Shown here in pieces: positions 10,896 through 20,433 of a stretch of 64,000 nt of DNA. The translations under genes were made by a program, and so were the position numbers. The notes beneath the pieces were generated by a model. The model saw only the letters and a program-made list of their open reading frames with translations, searched no databases and was not told the origin of the DNA. Location of the stretch: positions 3,260-67,259 of the forward strand of contig JAZNEP010000007.1 in the NCBI GenBank assembly GCA_045588655.1, in the 5' to 3' direction. This DNA is from Lachnospiraceae bacterium. GTDB taxonomy: Bacteria; Bacillota; Clostridia; Lachnospirales; Lachnospiraceae. Each line of letters opens with the position of its first letter. The first letter of the stretch is position 1.

Positions 10896-12206
10896 CTAGT
10901 TATTTTGTCCTACCAGATGATTAATAAACTGTTGAGCAGTACGCCCTGATATGCCACCGTGAGCAAGTTCCCACGCATTTGCCTGCAGATTCAGCTCTTT
11001 TTCCGGAATATCGATTCCTTCACGACGTGCAAGTTCACCTACAATGTTGAAATATTCCTTCTGCGTTGGTTTGGAATAATTGATTGTTACACCAAAACGA
11101 TGTACAAGAGAAAGCTTTTCTTCCACTGTATCAGATCGATGAATATCATTCATGTGTTCCATGTCATTTCTGTCGTTCCAGTTTTCTTTAATCAGATGGC
11201 GTCGATTCGAAGTTGCATAGATTAGAATATTATCAGGTTTTGTCTCTACTCCGCCTTCAATTACTGCTTTCAAAAACTTATATTCAATCTCGAATTCTTC
11301 AAACGATAAATCGTCCATATAAATGATAAATTTATAATTTCGGTTTTTTATTTGTGCAATAACATTGGAAATATCTTTAAACTGATGCTTGTAAATTTCA
11401 ATCATCCGAAGTCCCTTGTCATAATATTCATTTACAATCGCTTTAATGCTTGTGGATTTACCGGTTCCGCTATCTCCAAATAAGAGGACATTGTTCGCTT
11501 TTTTTCCGTTAACAAAGGCTTCTGTATTATCAATCAGCTTTTTCTTCTGAATTTCATAACCAACCAGGTCAGACAGCATCACTTTATCCATATTGTTGAT
11601 TGGATGGAACGATACCGGACCGGAAATCTGCTTATCTTCAATACGAAATGCTTTATTCAAACCAAACATACCGACACCATAATCTTTGTAGAAGTCTGTT
11701 ATCGCATCAAAAAACGCATCTTCATCCTTCGTTTTTTCAAGTTTTTCACTGAGAACCTGTACTTTCTCACTTACATTTTTATTGTACATAAATTCTTTTT
11801 TACCGATTGCTTTATAATTTGATAAAGTACGGAAGCAATCAATTCCGAGTTTTGTTTCAATTTCTGAAAAATCAAACAGAAACAGATTGCGAAACACACG
11901 AAAATCATTCTTTGCAAAGGTATTTACAGTTCCATCATTTGCACCAACTTTTTCACAAGTCAAGCTAAATGGATTCTCGTTTGTAATCAGTAAAAAGGTA
12001 AGATAATTGTGCCAAAGATTTTTATCAAAACCATAATCTGTAGACACTTCTAATATACGTTTTAGCTGCGTATAGATATCTTTTATTAGCTGCGCTTTGT
12101 CAGAGGTGTTTTCGTCGAAGCGGCGAAATATTTCACCAAGCTGCATAAGAATTGTATCCTCGCTCATATTTCCATATAGAATCAATTTTGAAATTTCTTT
12201 ATACAT
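10896..12206 (-). CDS. DUF815-family AAA+ ATPase
   Basis: Walker A GDSGTGKST, ...ATSNRRHLI..., size about 436 aa; AAGGAG SD. Confidence 0.7.
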   Translation of the reverse strand: MYKEISKLILYGNMSEDTILMQLGEIFRRFDENTSDKAQLIKDIYTQLKRILEVSTDYGFDKNLWHNYLTFLLITNENPFSLTCEKVGANDGTVNTFAKNDFRVFRNLFLFDFSEIETKLGIDCFRTLSNYKAIGKKEFMYNKNVSEKVQVLSEKLEKTKDEDAFFDAITDFYKDYGVGMFGLNKAFRIEDKQISGPVSFHPINNMDKVMLSDLVGYEIQKKKLIDNTEAFVNGKKANNVLLFGDSGTGKSTSIKAIVNEYYDKGLRMIEIYKHQFKDISNVIAQIKNRNYKFIIYMDDLSFEEFEIEYKFLKAVIEGGVETKPDNILIYATSNRRHLIKENWNDRNDMEHMNDIHRSDTVEEKLSLVHRFGVTINYSKPTQKEYFNIVGELARREGIDIPEKELNLQANAWELAHGGISGRTAQQFINHLVGQNN

Positions 12207-12319
12207 GCGTGCTCCTTTAGTCTATAAACATTTATTCAAAAAATTTTACCTTATAAATTGATACCATGTCAAGAAAACGTACATACTAAACATTAGGAAA
12301 AATGAAAGGAAGGTTACGG

Positions 12320-13747
12320 ATGGAAAAGCTTTTTAACCTAAAAGAAAATGGGACAAGTGTAAAAACCGAAATTCTAGCAGGATTTACCACGTTTATGACC
12401 TTGGCTTATATTCTTGCACTGAATCCAAATTTGCTGACCGGATTTGGAGCGAACGGCGGTCAATCTCTTTGGAATGCAGTATTTTTATCTACTTGTATTG
12501 CGTCAGCTATTGCCATGTTTGCCATGGCTTTTTTGGCAAACAAACCATTTGCGCTGGCACCGGGTATGGGACTGAATAGTTTTTTTGCTATTGTTACATC
12601 CAATATAGCCTCTATTACTGGTCTGACTTATCTTGACGCATATCAGGCAGCTTTGACAATTATTTTAGTAGAAGGTCTTGTTTTTGTTGTATTGTCTTTG
12701 TCGAATGTGCGGGAAAAGATTGTGAATGCAATTCCACTAGGGATTCGTTTTGGAATTGCTCCGGGAATTGGTATGATGCTTTTAAATATAGGTCTTGGAT
12801 CTAATGCAGGAGTTTATAATGCAGAAGGTGATGTTTTTTATGTGTTACGCGATTTTTTAGGAAATCTGACCCCTTCTATTACTCAAAAAGCAATGCAAGA
12901 CTCCTATCCGAAGATGATACTGACAGTAATAACTATGTTTATCGGTTTTTTTGCGATGATCATTTTGTCTGTAAAAAAGGTACGTGCCTGTGTTTTTTAT
13001 GGTATGTTTATCTCATGTATCATATATTGGATAGGTGAAATTTGGTTTCTTGGTATAAATCCGTTTGCATCTCTTAACACAGCATCATTTATTCCACCTG
13101 TTCAAGATTTAGTCGAAACCACATTGTTTCAATTTGATATAAAAAGTTTTATTTCCATCGGATGGTTTACAGTTATTACTCTCATTCTTACATTTTGTGT
13201 GATTGATATGTTTGATTCTATCGGCGTATTTGTTGGAACTGCACAAAGAGCCGGATTGCTGGATGAAAATGGAAAAATGCCAAAAATGAAAGAAGCTCTT
13301 TTATCGGATGCGATTGGAACTTTGGCAGGTGCATGTACCGGAACTTCAACAGTCACCACATATGTAGAATCAGCCGCTGGTGTGGAAGTTGGCGGAAAAA
13401 CCGGTTTAACTGCACTTACAACCGCAGTATTGTTTCTTGCTTCCGCATTTCTGGCTCCAATCGCAGCAATCATTCCTGCTCCGGCAACATCTGCTGCATT
13501 AATCTATGTAGGAGTTCTGATGCTTGGCGTATTAAGTAAAATTGATTTTCAGGATATTACCCAGATGGTTCCTGTTACTTTGATGCTGATTGTGATCCCA
13601 ATTTCCGGATCAATCGGACATGGTATCGGTATTGCGCTCATCAGTTACTCTGTTTTATGTTTTTTTACAGGACATGCAAAGAAAGTTTCACTATTAACCT
13701 ATGTGATATCACTGATTTTCCTGATTAAATTTTTTCTTGTTGTGTAA
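12320..13747 (+). CDS. NCS2-family purine permease (AzgA/PbuG-like guanine-hypoxanthine permease)
   Basis: MEKLFNLKENGTSVKTEILAGFTTFMTLAYILALNP..., about 12 TM segments. Start at the ATG with AAGGAAGG SD. Confidence 0.85.
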   Translation: MEKLFNLKENGTSVKTEILAGFTTFMTLAYILALNPNLLTGFGANGGQSLWNAVFLSTCIASAIAMFAMAFLANKPFALAPGMGLNSFFAIVTSNIASITGLTYLDAYQAALTIILVEGLVFVVLSLSNVREKIVNAIPLGIRFGIAPGIGMMLLNIGLGSNAGVYNAEGDVFYVLRDFLGNLTPSITQKAMQDSYPKMILTVITMFIGFFAMIILSVKKVRACVFYGMFISCIIYWIGEIWFLGINPFASLNTASFIPPVQDLVETTLFQFDIKSFISIGWFTVITLILTFCVIDMFDSIGVFVGTAQRAGLLDENGKMPKMKEALLSDAIGTLAGACTGTSTVTTYVESAAGVEVGGKTGLTALTTAVLFLASAFLAPIAAIIPAPATSAALIYVGVLMLGVLSKIDFQDITQMVPVTLMLIVIPISGSIGHGIGIALISYSVLCFFTGHAKKVSLLTYVISLIFLIKFFLVV

Positions 13748-13777
13748 TTCAAGAACGAAAGGAGCTGTTGCTCCACA

Positions 13778-13803
13778 GATGAATGAGTCATCTATTTTGC
13801 AAC
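13778..13803 (+). terminator. putative hairpin terminator after the permease gene
   Basis: AGATGA atgag TCATCT followed by ATTTTG; additional GGAGC tgtt GCTCC hairpin just upstream. Confidence 0.3.
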
Positions 13804-13813
13804 AGCCCCTTTC

Positions 13814-15004
13814 TTATGAACATACGTCTCTTTTTCTATTCTTTTTTTGTTCTTTATCCTGATACATACGTAAATCTGCTTCGTTTAATAAGTCTTGTAA
13901 CTTATATCCCTTTTCTGCATATATCATACCGACTGCTATTTCACAACAGATGTTGTCATCAAGTGTATTTAGTCGGTCAAGTTCCTGCTCCCAAGACATT
14001 TTTAATTGATTTATTTGTAGTTGTGTAAAATTACAAGCCACCACTAAAAATTCATCTCCGCCAATACGATAACCATGGACATCCGGTCCTGTTATCTTGC
14101 GAATACTATCTGCAGCTTTGATGATCAACTTATCTCCGGCTTCATGTCCATAAGTATCATTCATTTTTTTTAGGTCATTAACATCAAAGTTAAAAATGGC
14201 AATGGAATCAAGATGGTTATATTCCGTTTCCAACATCAACATATATTTTCTTTTATTATACATTCCTGTTAATCTATCGTGTTCACTGTCATAGACCAGT
14301 TTTTCACGCATCATACCATTTTCGATGTATAATCGAATCACACTAAGAAGTGTTTCTTCAGAGATGGATTCTCGATCCATTTTTTCATTTTCTGTATAAT
14401 ATAGTGCATAGTCTTGATCCGATATTGTACCTTTACAAAGTAGACCAAGCAAAGTGTCCGTAATAGGTTCCTTGCTGTAGGCCTGTGTGGCTTTATTGTA
14501 AGTAACAATGCGTTCGCTATTTTCATATTTTATTTTAAGCATCACTTTGTCTATTTTAAATAGATCTGCAAGAATCGGAAGCAATTCATGATAGGAACCT
14601 TGTAGTTTCTCAAGAATTGCAGTCTGAAACTTAGATAGCTTTTTGAAAAAAGACATATATTTGCTGACGTCACGATTTAAAGTCATATACTCCGTAATAT
14701 CCGTCAGATGATGAATCTGATAAAGATGCCCGTCTTTTTCAAATAGTCCCGATACCACTTTGAAATATAATCTGTTTTCATGATCGATGGTTTCCCATTC
14801 AATTGGCATATCAAGACTGAGCGTTGGACATTCCTCCAACCATACAAGAATATCTTTTTTGGTTTCACCGGTCAGATCACGATGGTATATTTTTTGAAAA
14901 AAGAAATCTGCATATGCAATTTTATTATGCTCCATATCAATTATGACAATTCCACCGCCGATATCATTTGTCATAAATCCGGCAATATGCTTTTTAAAAG
15001 CCAT
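13814..15004 (-). CDS. GGDEF diguanylate cyclase with N-terminal PAS-like sensory region
   Basis: GGDEF domain with intact RIGGDEFLVV motif. Track ORF starts on a TTG at 15025; the in-frame ATG (MAFKK...) with an AAGAAGG SD is preferred. Confidence 0.85.
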   Translation of the reverse strand: MAFKKHIAGFMTNDIGGGIVIIDMEHNKIAYADFFFQKIYHRDLTGETKKDILVWLEECPTLSLDMPIEWETIDHENRLYFKVVSGLFEKDGHLYQIHHLTDITEYMTLNRDVSKYMSFFKKLSKFQTAILEKLQGSYHELLPILADLFKIDKVMLKIKYENSERIVTYNKATQAYSKEPITDTLLGLLCKGTISDQDYALYYTENEKMDRESISEETLLSVIRLYIENGMMREKLVYDSEHDRLTGMYNKRKYMLMLETEYNHLDSIAIFNFDVNDLKKMNDTYGHEAGDKLIIKAADSIRKITGPDVHGYRIGGDEFLVVACNFTQLQINQLKMSWEQELDRLNTLDDNICCEIAVGMIYAEKGYKLQDLLNEADLRMYQDKEQKKNRKRDVCS

Positions 15005-15017
15005 ATCCATCACCTTC

Positions 15018-15320
15018 TTATTCAATCGTTAGAATGTCGGAAAAACCAGTCATCTCAAACACTTCCATAACTGTTTCGTTGACATGTGTTACAACCATGG
15101 TTCCTTGCTTACGATTCATGGTTTTTTGTGCTAATAGAATAACACGAAGTCCTGAACTTGCAACATAATGACAATTTGCCATATCAATAATCAGTTCTTT
15201 GATATCCTCGGAAAGCTCTCCTTCAAGTATGCCTGAGAGCTCATTCGCAGCCATAGTATCAAGACGTCCGTTTAAAAGAATCCATTTTTTATTTGCTTCA
15301 TTTTTTATATCAATATTCAC
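15018..15320 (-). CDS. STAS-domain anti-sigma-factor antagonist (SpoIIAA/RsbV-like)
   Basis: 100 aa; ...MANCHYVASSGLRVIL... with the conserved phosphorylatable serine context. GTG start preceded by GGAGG SD. Confidence 0.85.
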   Translation of the reverse strand: MNIDIKNEANKKWILLNGRLDTMAANELSGILEGELSEDIKELIIDMANCHYVASSGLRVILLAQKTMNRKQGTMVVTHVNETVMEVFEMTGFSDILTIE

Positions 15321-15336
15321 AATGATTCCTCCAACT

Positions 15337-15768
15337 TTACCATGTTTTGGAAAGTGTTAATCTGTTTTTTTTATCCGTATAATCATACTCTACAGTATCC
15401 ATATTATTTTTTACCATAAAAATACCAAGTCCACCAATTTCTCTATCTTCTGCAGAAAGTGAGATATCCGGATTTTCATTGGATAAAGGATTAAAAGGGG
15501 CTCCATAATCCGATATACACACCGTCGCCTTGCCACCTTTCGAATGGGTAGCTGTCTCTGTGACGAGATGAACTGTGCATTCACCGGACTTCAAGGGATA
15601 TGCATAATTTGCAATATTAATAAAAATTTCTTCTACGGACACACAAATTTGTGCAACTGTTTTTTTCGGGCAAGCACACTCGCTTAGTTTTTCTTCAATA
15701 AACTCAAGTAGTTTATGCAGTTGTGAGACATCTGCTCTAAGTACAAGCTGACTGTTATTTTGTTTCAT
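15337..15768 (-). CDS. RsbW/SpoIIAB-like anti-sigma serine kinase (HATPase_c)
   Basis: 143 aa; GHKL ATPase motifs (...EIGGLGIFMV...); classic size for partner-switching kinases. Confidence 0.8.
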   Translation of the reverse strand: MKQNNSQLVLRADVSQLHKLLEFIEEKLSECACPKKTVAQICVSVEEIFINIANYAYPLKSGECTVHLVTETATHSKGGKATVCISDYGAPFNPLSNENPDISLSAEDREIGGLGIFMVKNNMDTVEYDYTDKKNRLTLSKTW

Positions 15769-15777
15769 AAAAACCCC

Positions 15778-16557
15778 TTATAAATCACTTAAAAACTGTA
15801 AAGAACGTTTTAACTCTTCAAGTCCTCTTACTTCTACCAGAACACTTGTATCTGAAAAATGTGTGTTATAAATCTTTTTGAAATAGTTCCAATCAATTTT
15901 TCCCTCCCCAATAGGCAGGTGAAGATCCTGTAAAAAATCATTATCATTAATATGGATATGCTTTACATACGGAGCAAATGCGCTAATCCAATCATCAATC
16001 CTCGCCGGATCTCCAAATGCATGTGCATGTCCATAATCGAAACAAATGCCAAAATTAGAATAAACAGAAAGATTTTTAGCCAGTTGTTCCAATAATTCAT
16101 AGGACATATCAAACATATTCTCAATATAGATATTTAACTCATTATATTTAGAAAGTTTTTCTTTCCAATATACAGTATTTCGTTCCAACCATGATTGACA
16201 ATAACTTTCCGAATGAAAATTTGCAATAAAATTTGTATGAAAAACAATAGCGGATGCTCCGAGTTGTTTTGCAATCAACAGACTTTGTTCGACTCGTTTA
16301 TCTGAAACCATATAAATTTGCGGATCATCCGATGCTACATTTATATCAAAAAAGGCGCCGTGCATCATTCGATAGGCCGGTAAATCATTATGTATCATAT
16401 AAGACTGCACAATCTCCTGACATGCCTTATCATCTTCCAAAAGCGTAGGAACATAAAAATCATTGTATTCAAATCCACAATGATATGTTTGCGCCAGCAA
16501 AATACTTTGCTCTATTTGATTGTGTTCCGGAATCATCAGCAATTTCTCTATTTTCAT
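15778..16557 (-). CDS. sugar phosphate isomerase/epimerase (xylose-isomerase-like TIM barrel)
   Basis: 259 aa; ...AIVFHTNF...ICFDYGHAHAF... metal-binding pattern of AP-endonuclease-2/TIM barrel family. ATGA overlap with the upstream phosphatase gene. Confidence 0.7.
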   Translation of the reverse strand: MKIEKLLMIPEHNQIEQSILLAQTYHCGFEYNDFYVPTLLEDDKACQEIVQSYMIHNDLPAYRMMHGAFFDINVASDDPQIYMVSDKRVEQSLLIAKQLGASAIVFHTNFIANFHSESYCQSWLERNTVYWKEKLSKYNELNIYIENMFDMSYELLEQLAKNLSVYSNFGICFDYGHAHAFGDPARIDDWISAFAPYVKHIHINDNDFLQDLHLPIGEGKIDWNYFKKIYNTHFSDTSVLVEVRGLEELKRSLQFLSDL

Positions 16558-17669
16558 TTCTCTTTCCGACTCAGGCAGAGCATGGTGATATCGTCTACCT
16601 GACTTACCCCTTCTGCAAATTGATCGACACTATCATAAATCTTTTTAAGAAACAAATCAGATTTGTCAATATGACTTATGTTTTCATTGAGTGCTTTCAT
16701 CAATCGCTGTTCACTAAACAGTTCTTCCCTTTTGTTGATAGCTTCTGTTACACCATCCGTGTATAAATACAGAACATCTCCGGAGTCCAACCGGATGCTC
16801 TGCTGTTGATACGTAATATCTTCCATCATTCCGAACACAAGGTTTGCTTTCATCTGCATACGTTCAAAGAGCCCGTCTTTCTTCATTAAGTACGGCGGCG
16901 TGTGACCTGCATTCACGTAGGTAAGTACACTGGTATTTAAATCAAGAACACATAGAAATGCAGTAACAAACATTCCTTCGTCATTTTTGTAGCACAACTG
17001 ATTATTTACCCGATACGCCACTTCATCTAAAGCCAAACCTAAGGAGGCATAATTTTTTATATGTATTTTGGCCATGCTCATAAAAAGCGCAGCCGGAATA
17101 CCTTTGCCGGATACATCTGCAACAAGAAAACACAGATGTGACTCATCGATCAAAAAAATATCATAAAAGTCTCCGCCAACCTCTTTAGCTGGTCTTACAT
17201 TGGCCATTACATAAATATCTTTTAGTGCATGAAATGGTGAGAAATCTTTTTCCAGACAGCCAACCTGAATTTTGGTGGCAACAGCCAGTTCTGATTTTAT
17301 ACGTTCCTGTTCCCTTATCAGTGTGGCTGTTTTTTGGTACAGCATATTCATAAATGTACCGTAGACGCTCCTGTTTTTTTCTGCAATGGAAAAAAACTCT
17401 TCTTTGGAAATGTTGGAACAGATCACAGAACATAGGGCTCGCACTGTTGCACCACGTTTATCATCATTAATTAAACCAAGCTCACCGATAATGTCACCTT
17501 CACCCAGAAGATTTACTCGCTCATTTCTGTCATTTAATACTTCTGCCTGTCCTTGTTGAATGATGTACATTCCATCTTCGGAATCGGCTCCCAGTGTCAC
17601 AATATTTTCCCCTTTAGTAAAACGTACCTCACGCACCGTTGAAAATTCTTTAAAATGTTCTATATTCAT
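16554..17669 (-). CDS. PP2C-type serine phosphatase (SpoIIE/RsbU family) with N-terminal cyclic-nucleotide-binding domain
   Basis: N-terminal cNMP-binding-like fold (GDIIGELGLI...RGATVRA); C-terminal PP2C motifs GGDFYD, DVSGKG, YTDGVTEA. Confidence 0.85.
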   Translation of the reverse strand: MNIEHFKEFSTVREVRFTKGENIVTLGADSEDGMYIIQQGQAEVLNDRNERVNLLGEGDIIGELGLINDDKRGATVRALCSVICSNISKEEFFSIAEKNRSVYGTFMNMLYQKTATLIREQERIKSELAVATKIQVGCLEKDFSPFHALKDIYVMANVRPAKEVGGDFYDIFLIDESHLCFLVADVSGKGIPAALFMSMAKIHIKNYASLGLALDEVAYRVNNQLCYKNDEGMFVTAFLCVLDLNTSVLTYVNAGHTPPYLMKKDGLFERMQMKANLVFGMMEDITYQQQSIRLDSGDVLYLYTDGVTEAINKREELFSEQRLMKALNENISHIDKSDLFLKKIYDSVDQFAEGVSQVDDITMLCLSRKEK

Positions 17670-17786
17670 CCGATATCCTCACCATATATGTGTGACATTT
17701 TATTACTATATTTTACCTTACGCAGGAATATACTGTCAACTTATCGAACATAGTAAAACACGTAGAAAATATGTATAGAAAAAACG

Positions 17787-17822
17787 CATAAAAAAACGTC
17801 AGTGAAATATAATCACTGACGT
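17787..17822 (-). terminator. rho-independent terminator downstream of yajC
   Basis: ACGTCAGTGA aatataa TCACTGACGT perfect 10-bp stem, followed on the minus strand by a T-run. Confidence 0.65.
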
Positions 17823-17842
17823 TATAATTTACCGATATTACA

Positions 17843-18160
17843 TTATTCAGCGTCCGGCTTTTCTACCTGAGCAATTGCTGTTTTATTCATTGGAATACGG
17901 CAATTTTTGTTATTACCGAATTCAACAATTACTGTATTCTGTTCATCATCAATATCAATGACAATTCCATAGAAACCACTTGTGGTTAGAACACTGTCAC
18001 CAACTGACATCGAAGATAACATAGCGTTAATGCGTTTCTGTTCTTTTTTCTGTGGACGTGAAAAACAAAAATAAAAGAATACAACAAAAACAACAACATA
18101 TGATACAAGGATAAGACCTGACCCGGTTGCTGTCGGTTCAGCTGCTAATAAAATTCCCAT
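17843..18160 (-). CDS. yajC: preprotein translocase subunit YajC
   Basis: 105 aa, single TM plus conserved YajC C-terminal domain; GGAGG SD. Confidence 0.85.
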   Translation of the reverse strand: MGILLAAEPTATGSGLILVSYVVVFVVFFYFCFSRPQKKEQKRINAMLSSMSVGDSVLTTSGFYGIVIDIDDEQNTVIVEFGNNKNCRIPMNKTAIAQVEKPDAE

Positions 18161-18259
18161 GTAAAAACCTCCGTTTATGTTTTAAATTTTCGTACTAGAA
18201 GATATCATACACAAATTATGGAAGATGTGCAAGTAAAACATTGATTTTGGAGCTATCTT

Positions 18260-19390
18260 CTATTCACCTGCTGACATACTGTCGAGCAGATCTTTTTTGT
18301 AGGAAGAAAATCTGCCTTCGTCAAGCGCAGTCCTTATATCTTCCATCATATGATTATAAAAATACAGATTATGCAATACACAAAGACGCATCCCCAGCAT
18401 TTCTTTTGCTTTTAAAAGATGTCGGATGTATGCTCGTGAATAACGTTTGCATGCTGGACATTGACACTCTTCTTCAATCGGCCTATCATCCAGTTCATAT
18501 TTCGCATTAAACAGATTAATTTTTCCGTACTTTGTATATAGATGTCCATGTCGACCGTTTCTGGAAGGATATACGCAGTCGAAAAAATCAATACCACGTT
18601 CTACTGCTTCTAAAATATTGGCCGGTGTACCAACTCCCATCAGATAGCGAGGTTTTTCTATTGGAAGGTATGGCGTGGTCTCCTCAATGACATAATACAT
18701 TTCATCATGTGATTCGCCTACAGCTAATCCACCGAGTGCATATCCCTGTAAATCAAACTCAGCAATTCGCTTTGCATGTTCCACACGAATATCCTTATAA
18801 ATCGCCCCTTGATTAATACCAAACAACCATTGTTGTTTATTGATCGTATCTTCTAACGTATTTAAACGATTCATTTCTCTTTGACATCGTTCCAACCATC
18901 TTGTGGTTCGATCTACGGAATTTTTTACATAAGTATAGTCAGCTTTGCTTGGTGGACATTCATCAAATGCCATTGCAATTGTAGAAGCCAAATGTGACTG
19001 AATCTGCATACTTTCTTCCGGTCCCATAAAAATTTTACGTCCATCAATATGGGAACTAAAATAAACACCCTCTTCTTTGATTTTTCGAAGTCCTGCAAGT
19101 GAAAACACTTGAAAACCACCGGAATCTGTAAGAATCGGCTTGTCCCATACCATAAATTTTTGTAAGCCGCCTAATTTGTGAACCACTTCATCTCCCGGTC
19201 TTACATGGAGATGGTAAGTGTTGGATAATTGAATTTGTGTACCAATTGCTTCAAGATCTTCGGTTCCGACTGCACCTTTAATTGCTGCAATTGTTCCCAC
19301 ATTCATAAAAACCGGAGTCTGAACCACACCGTGCGGCGTTGTAACAACTCCGCGCCGGGCATTTCCTTCCTGTTTTATCACTTTAAACAT
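18260..19390 (-). CDS. tgt: queuine tRNA-ribosyltransferase (tRNA-guanine transglycosylase)
   Basis: 376 aa; ...TPVFMNVGT..., zinc motif CxCxxC...H; classic tgt-yajC arrangement. Confidence 0.95.
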   Translation of the reverse strand: MFKVIKQEGNARRGVVTTPHGVVQTPVFMNVGTIAAIKGAVGTEDLEAIGTQIQLSNTYHLHVRPGDEVVHKLGGLQKFMVWDKPILTDSGGFQVFSLAGLRKIKEEGVYFSSHIDGRKIFMGPEESMQIQSHLASTIAMAFDECPPSKADYTYVKNSVDRTTRWLERCQREMNRLNTLEDTINKQQWLFGINQGAIYKDIRVEHAKRIAEFDLQGYALGGLAVGESHDEMYYVIEETTPYLPIEKPRYLMGVGTPANILEAVERGIDFFDCVYPSRNGRHGHLYTKYGKINLFNAKYELDDRPIEEECQCPACKRYSRAYIRHLLKAKEMLGMRLCVLHNLYFYNHMMEDIRTALDEGRFSSYKKDLLDSMSAGE

Positions 19391-19417
19391 GATTATTTCT
19401 CCATTTCTTCATCATAA

Positions 19418-20242
19418 TTATTGTTGTTCTAACAACTCTGCTGTAAATTCTTCAAGTGTTATATCATGATCATACATGTATTTGGCTGCTGATTTACCTA
19501 CATAACGAAAATGCCACGGTTCAAATGCAATTCCGGTAATATCTTCTTTACCACTAGGATAGCGTAGAATAAAACCATATTCATAACTATGCATAGCAAG
19601 CCATTTTCCAGCCTGTGTATCCGCAAAACCTTCCGTCAGAGTTGTATACGTATCTGATGTAATGTCAAGTGCCAATCCAATCTGGTGTTCTGACGATCCC
19701 GGCACAGTAACTACTTGTGCTGTCTTGCGATAAGATTCCAAATAAGATAACTTATTTTTCATATACGATTTAATTTTTCGACTAAATAGATAAATCTGTC
19801 GTTCATAATCTCTGTAAGGAGAACGTATCTCGAGTGTTACGCCATCCGCTTTGGCTGCCTGCATCATTTGCTGAAGCTCAGGAATAATACGTTCATCACA
19901 TTTCATACTACCTTTGCTTGTTTTTAGCACACCAAGTGTCAGTTCATAATCCTCCGGAATAGAGTGTTGTTTATTTACGAGCACAAGGTTCCAATCATCT
20001 TTATCGAACGAACGGATATCTATTTCATCAACTACATCCGTTTCTGAATCATCTACCGCGGTATATTCTGAGTTCATTACATCATCTAATGTAAAGGCGA
20101 TTTCTTCTGTTGCAATCGCATCCGCTCCTTCTTTCTCAGAGGTGGTCGGCTCAGTTTTATAGATGAAACTATTATTTATTGTAAATATAAAAATAACGCA
20201 AAATATACATAGTATCTTTCGTATATTTATCCTTTTTTTCAT
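19418..20242 (-). CDS. D-alanyl-D-alanine carboxypeptidase family protein (peptidase M15B, VanY-like), secreted
   Basis: SEHQIGLALDI and ...EPWHFRY... motifs of VanY/M15; signal peptide MKKRINIRKILCIFCVIFIF. Start moved to the third in-frame ATG. Confidence 0.75.
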   Translation of the reverse strand: MKKRINIRKILCIFCVIFIFTINNSFIYKTEPTTSEKEGADAIATEEIAFTLDDVMNSEYTAVDDSETDVVDEIDIRSFDKDDWNLVLVNKQHSIPEDYELTLGVLKTSKGSMKCDERIIPELQQMMQAAKADGVTLEIRSPYRDYERQIYLFSRKIKSYMKNKLSYLESYRKTAQVVTVPGSSEHQIGLALDITSDTYTTLTEGFADTQAGKWLAMHSYEYGFILRYPSGKEDITGIAFEPWHFRYVGKSAAKYMYDHDITLEEFTAELLEQQ

Positions 20243-20433
20243 CGTTAATCCATCCCACATTTTACATTCAACATACATTTTAAATCATATCATATCAAAA
20301 TACGCTTTGCAAACATTACTACCTTAGCGTATAATTATTGTGTTTGTTTCTTTATGAGATATAATTAATACAATGAGAGATTGATTTAGAAATAGAATAT
20401 AAATAGATTTTTATAAAATTGGAGGTATTTTAC

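Noticed and set aside
12207-12319. Possible purine riboswitch upstream of the NCS2 guanine/hypoxanthine permease
   Set aside because: The 110-nt leader does not contain the conserved purine-riboswitch P1/J2-3 elements (UAUA...CUCGUAUAAU..., ...GUUUCUACC...) when read by eye. An Rfam scan would be needed to be certain.
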